A model generated the notes under the pieces. The model saw nothing but the letters and a program-made list of their open reading frames with translations, did no database searches and was not told the DNA's origin. Shown one piece after another: positions 50,943 through 63,278 of a DNA stretch of 64,000 nucleotides. Source of the DNA: Enoplolaimus lenunculus (lineage: Eukaryota). The position numbers and the translations under genes were made by a program. The DNA is taken from positions 124,001-188,000 of the forward strand of contig JASANG010002570.1 of the NCBI GenBank assembly GCA_030248215.1, given 5' to 3'. Numbering within the stretch: the stretch's first letter is position 1; the number at the start of each line of letters is the position of its first letter.

Positions 50943-52175
50943 ATAATTGCCATGAAACGTTGTTGAAGGAGTTGAAAACGGCAATTTTACAGGCTGTAAA
51001 ATAATTTAGACAGGTCCAAATATTTTCGCCGTCACCACGGGCGCTAGAAAAACAACGTTTAGTCGTATCATCACCGTGCAGAAAGAAACCTTGGCCACGC
51101 TTTAAGTCTACGCCAATGTCGGTATCGGTAATATGAACCTAAACGATTTGAATTGAACAAGACGCCCCCATCTGTGCTGGTAATTTCCTACGCAACGTTG
51201 TTCTGTGGTGGTTGAGATGTTAGAAAATGCCAATCGCTAACCTGAACGCTGGTGTATAGATTCTAGCGTGTGATAGTGAGCTGGACGCTATTTTAGTGTC
51301 AAGTAGTATTTGTTTTGTGCCGTATACCAACAATGCATACAGCTTCTTATACTCGATTCGCTCGCGAGGTTTTCTTTTTTGTTTATTATACCTGCGGTTT
51401 GACTCTTGGTTACTCAAAGGGGTCCTCACGGGGGGGCATTGGGGAACCGAGCTCCCCCCACATTCGGCTGGTACCTCCAGCAAATAGACTCGGTCTGAAA
51501 GGAAACAATCTTGTATTACAACTGCAGGGGCCGATCAAAATTATTCGCTGCCTCTCCTAGATATAATTATCTATGGACGCCGTAGTGGTTACCGGCGGTA
51601 TAGGGGGCCGCGCCCTCAAATTTAGTCGCTACCCCCAAATAGACTTGGTCTAAATGTAAACAATCTTGAATTGCAATTGCAGGGGCCCATCATAAGTATT
51701 CGGTGCCACCCCCCAAATATAATAATCTGTGGACTCACCCTGTGGTTATCGGTGGTTTATCTTTTACATTTGGTGTGTATCAAGCTAATGTAAAGGGCGT
51801 ATTTAGGGAGATCAAAGAACATGGCCGTCACCATGTTGAGATATTAGGGGCCGCGCTCCTAAATTTAGCCCTAACAGACTCGGTCTAAATGTAAACCATT
51901 TTTAATTGCAATCGTAGGAGGTCCTTAAAATTATTTGATGCCCACCTCAAATATAATTTTCTGCGGACGCCGCTGTCAAAGAATTGAGTTTGTCAATTGA
52001 CCGACGTATACCAAACCCAACATTTTGATTTTAGTAACTATTATCACTAAAATTACGTTTGGTTTCTCGCTGGCTTTGCTCTTACGAGGTGTCTGTCGTT
52101 CTGTATTGCATGCGTTTAGTCAGAAATTCGTAAATCTATTTTTGAACAAAACTAAAGTCCATACACAAGTAAACT

Positions 52176-52487
52176 GGCCCATGTAAAGATCAGAGGCGGA
52201 ACGTTCTTCTGTGACATTAGTAAAGAGTAAGCTTAAGCTTTAGACTAAATAATTTTTGCTTGGTTTAGCCTTACGCTTAGGCTTAGGCTTAGGAATATTC
52301 TTACGCTTAGGTTTAGGCTTAGGCTTAGGAATATTCTTACGCTTAGGTTTAGGCATAGGCTTAGGAATATTCTTACGCTTAGGTTTAGGCTTAGGCTTAG
52401 GAATATTTTTACGCTTAGGTTTAGGCTTAGGCTTAGGCTTAGGAATATGCTTATAATACTTGTCCGCCCCTGTTGTTTACATTGGCC
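52176..52487. mobile_element. Merlin-like TTAGGC-carrying MITE (A1) with a 36-bp internal tandem
   Basis: Perfect TSD AGTAAACT at 52168-52175 and 52488-52495. Confidence 0.88.
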
Positions 52488-54199
52488 AGTAAACTTAATA
52501 ATTAATGTTATTATGTACACGGATTTAAGACCTGCTAGGACACATCGTTAGCTGAAATGTTCGTATCGCGTCATGTACATAAAAATAGCGGCGTAGCCAA
52601 AATTTTTTAGATTTACTAACCAGCAGATACCAAAGGTCTCAAAATTGTGCACCCATTTAAGTATATGGGCACAGACCCGAGAGCCACTAATGCGACGCAA
52701 GCTACCACCCAGCACATACCAGGGGGTAAAGGTCAGAATGAAATATATCATTGATTAGTCTCATTTAATATGTTTAGGCAAAATGTAGACATCTCCGCAA
52801 CAAGCCAGATTCAGGTCGTTAAGGCTAAGACAGTCAATATGGTTCATGGAACTACACAATACAGAACTGGTACTCTGTAATCTGGTACACGATTTGCGGC
52901 TTCTGTTTGACATTTCAAATCATCAATGTAGCTATGGTTATATTTCGCGAGAGTATATAGCTTGAATGAACTATCAAACGAAACCTAGCGAACCAGATAA
53001 TGTTTATCTCATACAAAGATGGGCCCGTGTTACTTTAAGGAGCGTCCAGGTTTCTGGTGGGTCTATAAACGAGTACGTTTAGAGTCTAGATTGCATTTTT
53101 TGTGTAGGCTTTGGCTTAGGAATACGCTTAATCTACTGTTACGCACCTAAAAGTAACATTGGCACGAAGATGTAAGTTGGATTCTAAACACTGTAAAAGT
53201 GTTTATTTTTCATTAATCTAGACATTTCAGGTTAAATATCTCATGTATACCGGACTTATGTAAACGTGTTTCGAAGAGGCGACTGCTACTGGGGAGACAT
53301 TTTTCTTGATCTACACGCAGGGCCGAAGCAGTCACGACCCATACCCCTCATTTGGGGCTTCCGCCTCTAAAGGGGCCCCACCCTAACTGATTGAAGCAAA
53401 ACCGCTGAAGTTTTAAAATGCATCTGGCTTCACGCTCACGTCGCTCGCAAGTTTGGGGCCCCCACCCTGGAGTTTGACAGCAGCCCTCACTCCTGTCTGC
53501 TCCGGCACTGCGTTCAGGATCCAAAGTATTATTACGAACGTGTGTTAAAAGTACTGCGTATCTTTGCAAATGTCAAAGGATATACGTAATTATGTTCCGG
53601 CTTGCATACAGAAGCGGATCCAAAAATTTCTGACGGGGGGGGCGGACTGGCGAATATTATAAAACGCAAAAGTTGTAAGGTAGGGACCTTATCATTTTAT
53701 CACCGAAAATTTTTCTGAAGCTGACGAAAAATTGTTTTAGATAGGGACCTTGTCATTTTATCACAAAAAATTCTGCGGGAAACTTGTAACAAATTGTAAC
53801 GTAGGGACGCTACCAGTTGAACACAGAAAGATTTCTGACGGGGAGGGGCGTACACCCCACCGCCTACCCCCTTCTGGATCCAATAGTGCTTGTATACAAC
53901 CCCTGATTTTCAAGCTTAATTTTTAGCTTTTATGTTCCATGACAGTACGGCAATAGGGGAAGTGTAGTCTTGAACACTGTGTTTCATGTACATACGGTGT
54001 GGTTCATACGTAGTATATATGGGCATATATCAGATAATACAGATCTATACAGATTATACGACTCTTTCAGTAGGCTACTGTGGTCGCTATTGTCGTCTAA
54101 AAGTGTTTGTGGCTATTTTTAGGCTATGCTTTGTCTATACGGTTTCGACCAACTCGGCATTGAAGCCAAAACATGGCTTACGATCCTCGCCAATGCTTG

Positions 54200-54265
54200 G
54201 AAAAATTTGGCTGGGTGAGAAAAATTTGGCTGGGTGAGAAAAATTTGGCTGGGTGAGAAAAATTT
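54200..54265. repeat. 19-bp tandem repeat (gaaaaatttggctgggtga), about 3.4 copies
   Basis: Directly visible. Confidence 0.85.
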
Positions 54266-54573
54266 AATCGCAGCTTGAAACGGGTGAAATCTACCACCAT
54301 ATGTCTGGCCTAAAATCGTTTCGTGGCTCTTGTTCGCATATTTATATGCTGGTTATACGACCGGCAGTAGGCGTATCGAGAACGTTGGATTGGGGAACGC
54401 ATACTTCCGGGTCCGTGCCTTGGGATTTCATCTAAAAGTAAATGCAGACCCCTGTAGCAGTGGCGGATCGAAATTTTTTTGCTGGATATATGGATATGGT
54501 TGCGCTCTGCGTAATTGGTTCAGCAATTAATTTCCAGTGCTCTTTTTAGGGCCTCTTAATTTGAGGCGGGTTG

Positions 54574-55053
54574 CAGGGTACAACCGGAGGTCTGCCTCCG
54601 GCTCCGGCATAAACTCGGCCTCCGGCTCCGGCATAAAATCAGCCTCCGGCTCCGGCATAAAATCGGCCTCCGGCTCCGGCATAAAATCGGCCTCCGGCTC
54701 CGTCTCCGGTAGGATTTTTGCTGAAGGTTCCGGCAATTTAGGCAATAAAAGTTTGCATAATTTTCCTAAATTTATTGCTGTTTAGCGCGTTTCGATTGAC
54801 TTTTGTCACAATTTTCATGAAAGAATTGCTGAAATTTGGCAGAAAATTAGCGTGAAGCCAAACAACTCAACAGTATTTTGCAGATATTGGCTAAAATTAA
54901 CTAATTAACCATCATTTGTTCTACTTAATTTCGCCTCACCTCCGGCTACGGCTCCGGCAAGTTTCCTTGACCTCCGGCTCCGGCTCCGGCAAGTTTCCTT
55001 GACCTCCGGCTCTGGCTCCGGCTCCGGTATTTTTAACCTCTGGTTGCACCCTG
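54574..55053. mobile_element. hAT-like CCGGAG MITE with a 24-bp internal tandem
   Basis: Perfect TSD GCGGGTTG on both sides. Confidence 0.88.
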
Positions 55054-55519
55054 GCGGGTTGGGTAAAGTGGACCAGGCCGAAGCTAGACACTATTGCCTT
55101 TAACTCTAGGGCCCATATTCTCAAATGCATATAGCACGTATCACCAGTTAGTTAAGCTAACGAACTGCTGTAATTGCAGATATCAAAATTTACACATGTG
55201 GAGTAAATAGAATGTAATAAATGTGCTGAATTTCAAACCTCACCATTCCCTGATTCGAAAGTTACAAGACCTATTTCTAACTGGCAATAGGTGCTACACA
55301 CATTTAAAAATACGGGCTTAGTAGAGTACTTCAGTTTGGCGGGCGTCCTTGTGGGCCTATTTTTGTATAAAAAATATTTGTAGCACAAGGAGTTAAAACA
55401 GAGTGATCGAATACTCGTTGCCAGTATTTAGAGCGAGTTATGAAGCATTCATGAGCAAAACGACCGAGACGCTATTCAGCCGACATTTCATTGACCTGAC
55501 AATTTGTCGCTTACCAGTA

Positions 55520-55729
55520 CACTGCAAAAAATGGGGAGTTAAATTGACTCTGTCGGAAATAGGCTTTTCCTGACTACACAAACTGAGTCAAATTCGACTC
55601 CACCAGAGTCAAATTCGGTTCACTATGTCGCACGTTTAACTCTGGCGGAGACGAATTTGACTCAGTTTGCGTAGTCAGGAAAAACTTATTTCCGACAGAG
55701 TCAATTTGACTCACCATTTTTTTACAGTG
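55520..55729. mobile_element. Palindromic CACTG...CAGTG MITE
   Basis: Fold-back with TA flanks; same family as 1632-1843. Confidence 0.8.
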
Positions 55730-55838
55730 TAGGCTTAGACTTAAACATACGCAGCTGTCGTGGTACGAGTTGCCGTAGATTCGTATAAAAAATGTATATT
55801 TTAAGATTTTATAAATATTAATTTTAACATATTTTCAA

Positions 55839-58800
55839 ATGTCTGCACGAATCGCTGATTTATTTCGTAGAGCAACCGAGAAAGCTTCAGAAGCGCTTCA
55901 AACACACTGGAGTCACAGCGGTAAGTTTTGCCTACCTTCTCCGCTGACCGCTACCTCTTTTAGATATCAGGCTTTAGGTTGTTCGAGGCTCCGAGTAGAA
56001 TTTTTAATCTAGTATTGATTTTTTTATTTGAAGACAACCTGGTTTAAGGTAAGCGTTTTTTTTTAATTTTCTGGTATTTTAGGCTATAACCAGACGGCCT
56101 GTCACAAGAGGCCCGTTCTTATTGTTTGCGGGAGGGGGGGCTGGGAATTCAGATATACTGTTTGTGTCCCCTGTGCGTTCAGTTTATTTTCTCAAATTTG
56201 TTATAAATAATAATTTATCAAGTTCTCGTGATGTCATAATTCTTTTAATGTGGTCAAAAACTGTTTCGATCAAGACGGCGAAGTTGTCCGCGTACAGGAT
56301 GCCTTCCATAGTGGCGATCCGGGTTGAGTCAGTGCCTCCTTAGCGAAACTCGGCGAAAGTTTGTTAAATTTTTACAATTCACTTGTTCGAAAGTTACAAG
56401 ACTCATTCATCAGTTTGTAATAAATACTACACAATTTTTGATGGAATCACAATGCGTATAACTTCGATAATTCGAAGCTTAATTTTCACACCAATCAATA
56501 GGGAGGCCCAATGTAAAGATCAGGAGCGGAACGTTTTTCTGTGGGACTAGAAAAGAGTAAGCTTAAGGTTTAGACTATTTTTTGGCTTGGCTTTGGCTTA
56601 GGCTTAGGCTTAGGAATATGCTCATTCTTACGCTTAGGCTTAGGATTAGGAATATGCTTATAACACTGTTCCGCCCCTGTTCTTTACATTAACGCAATAG
56701 GGTTAGAAACACAATTAGACCTCTTGGCAATGCTTACGATAGCTTTAACGTATTAATCCGTTGTTTTTTAGATAGCCAGTCTAGTAACAGTATCCTAGGA
56801 GACGACGGGGATGTGGTGTACTCGAAAAACAACGTTTGCGTACATCCGCCTGCAACAACGGAAGATCCGATTCGGCACGTTCCTGGATATTTGTCGCTTT
56901 ACTGTCAACATGACGAGGCAGGTCTACTTTCAGACACGAAGGATATACAAGCGAACGAATAATGATAGATTTACTCCTGAAATTTGTACAGAAACCGGAA
57001 AAAACACTATGAACCGGATCAAAAATCACCTTCTGGGCGATCAGTGTTGATAAACTTGTTTAGCATAATGCTATAACCCTTCCGAACCGGTCCCGTTGCG
57101 AGAGCGGAGCCAGGGTGGGCTTAACTCGCCTGAAAGAATTTTGGCTTCCCGTAGAATGTTTTCAACCTTGCTTATAAGGTGTAAGTTTATCGAAAATATT
57201 TGTAAGGCCCGTCCTAAAAACGTTTAGCTTCCATAACAACGGGAGCTGGCTACGGGCTTGTTTCGAACTTAAATTCTGGCAACGCCCAGGTTGTTATTTA
57301 AGAAACTGGTTCGTAAAATGAAATGCTTCTTTAATCTTCATTCGGCTCTGCTCCTCAAATAAAGGCGTTCGACGTAATTAATTGAAAATGTTATTAAGCG
57401 CAGTCGCCCACGTAAACACCAGGGGCGGAACGCTTTTATGTGGGACTGCAATAGAGTAAGCTTAAGCTTAAGACTAATTTGTTCGCTTGGCTTAGGCTTA
57501 GGCTTAAGAATATGCTCATTCTTACGCTTAGGCTTAGGCTTAAGAATATGCTCATTCTTACGCTTGGGCTTAGGCTTAAGAATAGGCTCATTCTTACGCT
57601 TGGGCTTAGGCTTAAGAATAGGCTCATTCTTATGCTTAGGCTTAGGCTTAAGAATATGCTCATTCTTACGCTTAGGCTTAGGCTTAAGAATATGCTCATT
57701 CTTACGCTTGGGCTTAGGCTTAAGAATATGCTCATTCTTATGCTTAGGCTTAGGCTTAAGAATATGCTCATTCTTACGCTTAGGCTTAGGCTTAAGAATA
57801 GGCTCATTCTTACGCTTAGGCTTAGGCTTAGGTTTAGGCTTATGAGTATGCTTATAATACTTTTCCGCCCCTGTCCTTTACATTGGCCATAAATCAAAGA
57901 ATTTATTCAGAAAGCGAGCGTTAAGACGTTGAAATTATCCCAATATCCCGGATCCAATGTATTGCAGCCAGTGAGAATAGAATTTCCAGTGCTAGCTTAA
58001 CTAATTTTTTAATTAACCTTGTTCCCGCATGAATATTTGGAGTTTGTTTTGAAATCTAATTTCAAGCTGAGTTTCTGTAAGTTGGAGTTGGCGAATCGAA
58101 CGCGCTTTAGCATCATTGTTCGACTTTGAGAGCTTGATGTTTGAACTCGACTCGACTTTCACGTCTTTTGGAGATTTTGTAGTTAACATGCGTGTTATAA
58201 TTGTTAAACACTCCCTATTTTTTACAGGGCACGCATTGTGCATTGTTTACCGTACACAGATAGCGACAAAAATGGTGCGTCAAATTGACTCTCTTTGAAA
58301 TAGGCTCAACGACACTACACAAACTGAGTCAAATTCGACTACGCTAGAGTCAAACATGCGACGCAGTGATTCGAATTTGACTCTGGCGGCGTCGAATTTG
58401 ACTCAGTTTGTGTAGTCCCGTAGAGCCTATTTCGGGGAGAGTCAATTTGACTCACCATTTTTTGCAGTGTAAATTAGAGATAGAAGTAAAGCCACAACGT
58501 GCGTCCCGTCACCCACCGTAGAAGATTTTATTATTTTCAATATGCGTTGGGTTCACTGAAATACCGTTCAGAGTCGGAAAATACTCGGGCCGGCATAAAC
58601 GCTCAGGGCGTTGACTTCACTGGGTCAACTTTTTGACAAATAATTTTCGTCGAGAACCATTAAAATTTCCAAATTTTTAGCCCGTGACTCATTGACGTAT
58701 ATATTTCTAAAGCCCTATTCACACGTGCAAGTTTTTGCCGCGAGAACTTGCAGCTGCAACTTGCACTTGCATGTTTTTCCAAATACCAGTTCAAAAAACT

Positions 58801-61800
58801 TGCAGCTGCAAATAGTTCATTAAAAATCATAGCTAGGAATTTAGTTTACATGTGTGAACAACCGTTGAAGTTCACTGAACTTATTGCAGCCACTTTCTTA
58901 TTGGCTGATGCAAAAATGCAAGTTCTGCGTGCAATTTCCTGCTGCAAGTTCTCGCAGCAAAAACTTACACGTGTGAATACGGCTCTTTACTCTGGTTTAA
59001 ATTTTAGATTCTCGGCGTCACACTGGTTCTACAATGGTTACCCAACGCAACCTTGCAACAAAATCCCCAATCGATACGAACCATATCGCCGTGTGCGACC
59101 CCTCGGCGTCATAATAGTGTGCCTGACTCGCCGGCTGTCCTTCAAAATCAGGAAGCATCGTTCCGAAAATACTCAACCGACCCTAGTCCTAAAGTCCGGG
59201 TTGCAACTTGTGACGACAGCGGCAGCGATAGTGAAAATCAACCTCTTCTCACCCGAGAAGACTCCAAAATTTCAAACCCTTCCTCGGATCATAACGCCCG
59301 TAATTTTGATGGAGACCAGCGCAATAATTCTAAAAGTACCCTACTGTGTCCGTCAAATTATCAAGCGAAATCAAAATTCGGTGCCCGTGCTGCGAATTTA
59401 GATATGATTTGCGAGATGTCTCCCGTACACCAAACTGTGATCACTGATAAGTCGACGCAACTTAACACAACGCCTCAGTCTAGCTTGAACGCAACCCGTG
59501 ATATCGCACAAGAGCGACTCAAGATTGAAATTCCATCTACTGCAGTATTGAGTATTCGTACGCCGTTTGAAAGGCTCGAAGCTAACCAAATTCCATTACA
59601 GGATCTAGAAACGAACGAAACGCCGTTAGAATCCGAACAGCATCAGAGTTGCATCCCATCAATCGAAATTCAACACCTCACAGTCGGACAACAACCTGTT
59701 GGTGGTGATGGTTCTACGGTGTCGCCAACTTGCACTGAAACGCACGATTTTGAAGACGATTTGAGCAACTGCGGGTTTAAAGAGCGACTCTCACTCGCTG
59801 GCAACATCGACGACGATTCGTCGTATCAGTGCTCGACGAGCTCCGAGTTGTCGGACGCCGAGTATGAGGATGAAGAAATGTTCTCGGATTGCCAGAATGG
59901 AACGAGGGATGATTGTGCTTTTGAGTCGAGCAGATCTCGAGCTCAAGGCGTCGTCAACGACTCGAGGAAGACTCGTAAGTGTGACGTTTCAACTTTTTGA
60001 ACATTTCGAATGCTTTCCGAGGTTTTTGTACAATTTGCCACAGGTTTTAAATAAAGGATAGGGCTTTTGCAAAGGTTAAGGGTTTAGACAAACGTTTAGA
60101 CTTAGGCATAAGCTTTTCCGGCGATTCAAAGTGTGATTCCGTTGCCTTGGCTTCGACGGAAATTTTGCGTATTAACCGCATGGTGACGAACGGCGACTGA
60201 CGATGACATTATAATTTTTAATAAAGTATAGCGTCAGCCAAATTCCACCAATTTCTTTTTTAAGGACCAGCTGTCGATCCGTGTTCGTCTTCCCATCTGG
60301 ATGATTGTTTTTCGTCCTGCTCCGGGTTGAACGATTCGTCGCCAGTTGTTCGGTCGAGTCTCGCCAATTTGCGATTATCGCCACATCCACGATATCGCGA
60401 CGCTTGCTATCGATTGAAACGATTTTATTCTGATGGCAACTTTGACGCTGACAGCAACTCTTCTGGAGACCAGTCGCAACAGCTTTCGGCAGCTCGATCA
60501 CACGTTCGTCGATTTTTTCCGCCGCTCGATCCAGTCGGAGATTTCAAAGGCGACGCGACACGAGTCGGCGAGTTTAAAGACGACGCGACTCGAGTCAGCA
60601 ACTGTAAAGGCGATGCAAGCCGATCGCCAAAAGTCGACGAGACCAATCGTGTCATCGGCTCAACAGGTCAAAGAGCTCCCGGCGACTCAGGTCATCGAGT
60701 TGTCGCCGCATTACGTAGTTGCGTTGACGTTGACGGCACAACGCGGCAAACGACTCGTGACTCGACGTCGACTCGTCGACGAGTTGTATCACAAAACTCG
60801 CTCGAGCATTTGCAACAACTCATCGACGAGTCGCCAGAATCGTTCGCGCATCGACATAATTTAATGCTCGACGCAAAAACAACAACTCCAAATCCAGCGT
60901 CAATGTTGAGTTGCAACTCAACCCGATTGCTCGCCGTTCAACGACGCGATCGTGAGCAAGAAATCGATACCGAATGTCAAAAACACGAATCCGGTTCTGG
61001 TCGACGCAACAGGTTGCCAGATGGGGTCGCGTCGACAACTGTTGACAATTCAGGAACAGATGTTGATCAAGTAATGAAGACGCCAGACGTGTCTTGTTCG
61101 GAAATCTGCCCAAGCGATCAAGAGCCAGGCAAAGATGAGTCAAAACTCGATGCACCGTCGCTATTTGTGGTTGATCTTGGTAATTGCATGATCAGTGGCA
61201 TATCTAGAACTTTCCAAAGGGGGGCCGCTTGAAATGTGGTGAAGAAAAACCCGGGAACGACACCGAACGTCTTTTTAGTGTTAACCCTGAATACAAAATC
61301 TTGGGTTTCATTCGTTTTGTGGGGTGAGACCTAGAGCCCAGTGGGGCCCCTTTGAATCCGCCAATAGCTATAAATTGTTATCAATTTGTTTTTACAACTT
61401 GTAAATTGTAAAACAGTTTAAAAATTAGATTTTAAAGCTGGAATGCCTACAATATCGACCTTTGGTCATTCGGGCGTCAGATTTAATAACGCGTCGACCG
61501 AATCGGTTGCAAATATTTCCATATGACGACAATTGAACTTCATATTGGCGTACTGTCGGTGGAAATTAATGTCAAAATTATTGACAAATCAATAAAGTAT
61601 TAGCTATGTAATTTTTGCGTGGTTTCGTTTATAAATATTAATGTTGGCGTTGTAAATACTTGATCAACTTTGATCGAATTTCATAAATCAAAACCTACTT
61701 GTCACACTACTCTGACGTAATACTTAATGCGTTCTCCAGTTTTGTTTGCAATGACCGTGTGAAAAAACAATCCATCGATTAAATGGACCAATTTATGTGG

Positions 61801-63278
61801 AACCAAAATCGTCGTTGGAGACATAGTATGTCGTTTGAAGGCCCATGTTACTTTAAGGGGCGTCCAGGTTTCTGGTGAGTCTATAAAAGAGTAGGTTTAT
61901 ATTCTAGATTACATTTTTTGAGTAGGCTTAGGCTTAGGCTTAGGAACATATTTTTGCAACGTTTAGGCTTATGTATAGGAATACGCTTAATCTACTGTTA
62001 CGCCCCTTAAAGTAACACTGGTGGCCCGTTTGAAAATACTTAATATCTGTGAAATTAAATTTTAAATTTTAAATTTTTTTAAGGTAAAATGCGGTCACTT
62101 CGTTTATTCTACGGCGATCCTGAAGGTCCGACAGGCTCCGGGCAGCTTGTAATTGCGACTCCGGAATCTCGATACAAAATTTTACATTTTCATCACGGGG
62201 GACTCGATAAATTGGCGTCAATATTCGAACAATGGAATGTGCTCAGGGCCAAATCAAAATGCGGGGTATTAAACGAAACGTTTGTGTTCATTTAACAGCC
62301 TGCCCTGAGGGGGTCAGAGAAACTGGTGGACTTTGGCAAGCTTAGGTTTAGGCTTAGGCTTATTAAGCAGACCCGTATAAGTAATTAACATCAAACGGAA
62401 TATGTGTTGAGATAGGTCCAGTACCGCATCTTGGAATTTGTACCAAATGACGTGAGGGGTGGTTTGTTGAGCTTGTGAGAGACAATAGAAGGATATACGT
62501 ATAAAAATAATTTTCACGAAATTTGCGGAAATGTTAACAACAGGGGCGGAACAGTATTAACAGTATATTCTTGAGCCTAAGCCTAATCCTAATCCTAAGC
62601 CTAAGGCTAAGCCTACGCCAAAAAATAGTCTAAAGCTTTTAAGCTTACTCTATTTCAGTGCCACACAAAATGTTCCACCCGTGATCTTTATTTGAGCCAA
62701 ATCTGCTGTGTCGGTCGTCGCCACGGTTCTCAACTACAATTTACAGTCGTTTGTGATCCGCGACGTCACACGGCAGCGTCCAATTTTGAACACAACAGCG
62801 AACCGCAATTTTGTTTAACCCTTTCTCACATGAATATTTTCTATCTCACCTGAGACCTACTTTTATGCTAGGATTCGAACTTCAGTGACTGGAGTGGGAG
62901 GCGTATATACCATCACAGGAGTTTGACGCTCGAGCCCGAAGGCGCTCTCACGTCTTGTGGTGATTTAGTACTATGTGTACGTGTTGCAATTGTTAAACAC
63001 GGTGCGATATATTTAACGTGTATACACTGCGCTGAGTTGCCTGTAGGCAACTCAATGTGAGAAGAGGTTAACATTAACGTTTTGCAATTTATTTTTAGCA
63101 ATCACCAACTGGACTTCCGGATACGTTGAGCAGCAGGCAATTTGCAATCTGTCGTCCGTCGCTTGACGAATCTGACCAGCATTGCGAAGAAGGTTTGTAC
63201 GAACAAGTGACGTTGGAGTTTTGGCAGAGTTGCATTGATCACAACGGAACGATTGTGGATCCACCGAGCTTAAGAAAG
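55839..63278 (+). CDS. TBC1D16: TBC1 domain family member 16 (Rab-GAP), 5' part; continues beyond the window
   Basis: Exons 55839-55920, 56772-56917, 59008-59974, 60265-61179, 62084-62265 and 63099-63278, phase-consistent. Motifs LFRRATEKAS, DGDVVYSKNNVCVHPP, PGYLSLY, LGVTLVLQWLPN, FVVDLGKMRSLRLF, SGQLVIA, YKILHFHHGGLDKL and EEGLY. The TBC domain lies mostly outside the window. Confidence 0.92.
56505..56694. mobile_element. Merlin-like TTAGGC-carrying MITE (A1) in TBC1D16 intron 1
   Basis: A1 consensus, with caataggg on both flanks. Confidence 0.8.
57405..57888. mobile_element. Merlin-like A1 MITE with about 10 copies of a 36-bp telomere-derived unit
   Basis: Unit cttaggcttaggcttaagaatatgctcattcttacg lies between A1 TIRs. 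Confidence 0.88.
58255..58469. mobile_element. Palindromic CAC...CAGTG MITE
   Basis: Same family as 1632-1843. Confidence 0.75.
58711..58985. mobile_element. Harbinger-like TTGCAGCTGCAA MITE
   Basis: TIR AGCCCTATTCACACGTG / CACGTGTGAATACGGCT; ends about 22 nt before TBC1D16 exon 3. Confidence 0.75.
61840..62026. mobile_element. Merlin-like TTAGGC-carrying MITE (A2)
   Basis: Perfect TSD CGTTTGAA at 61832-61839 and 62027-62034. Confidence 0.88.
62819..63067 (-). mobile_element. piggyBac-like MITE with tRNA-like cassette (second copy, inverted)
   Basis: TTAA at 62815-62818 and 63068-63071; reverse complement of 45435-45705. The B-box GTTCGAATCC is intact and the A-box is deleted. Confidence 0.78.

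Noticed and set aside
2720..54785. EPEADF / SASGSG repeat ORFs (2791, 3834, 25826, 48619, 54527)
   Set aside because: All fall within copies of the hAT-like CCGGAG MITE and show no splice signals or protein motifs.
57405..57888. A true telomere, chromosome-fusion scar or telomerase RNA template
   Set aside because: The arrays are short, degenerate, occur in both orientations and sit between TIRs, often with TSDs. I could not identify a unique structured RNA around any GCCTAA tract.
50574..57897. LSLSLS / RLRLRL / GLGLGL / PKPKPK ORFs (for example 50574-50984, 52245-52520, 57436-57897)
   Set aside because: These are translations of TTAGGC hexamers inside MITEs and are open in several frames at once.
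58748..59401. 217-aa ORF overlapping TBC1D16 exon 3, and the overlapping ORFs at 60172-61155
   Set aside because: The first starts inside a Harbinger-like MITE and runs in an alternative frame of a real exon. The others are shadow ORFs of a GC-rich exon.
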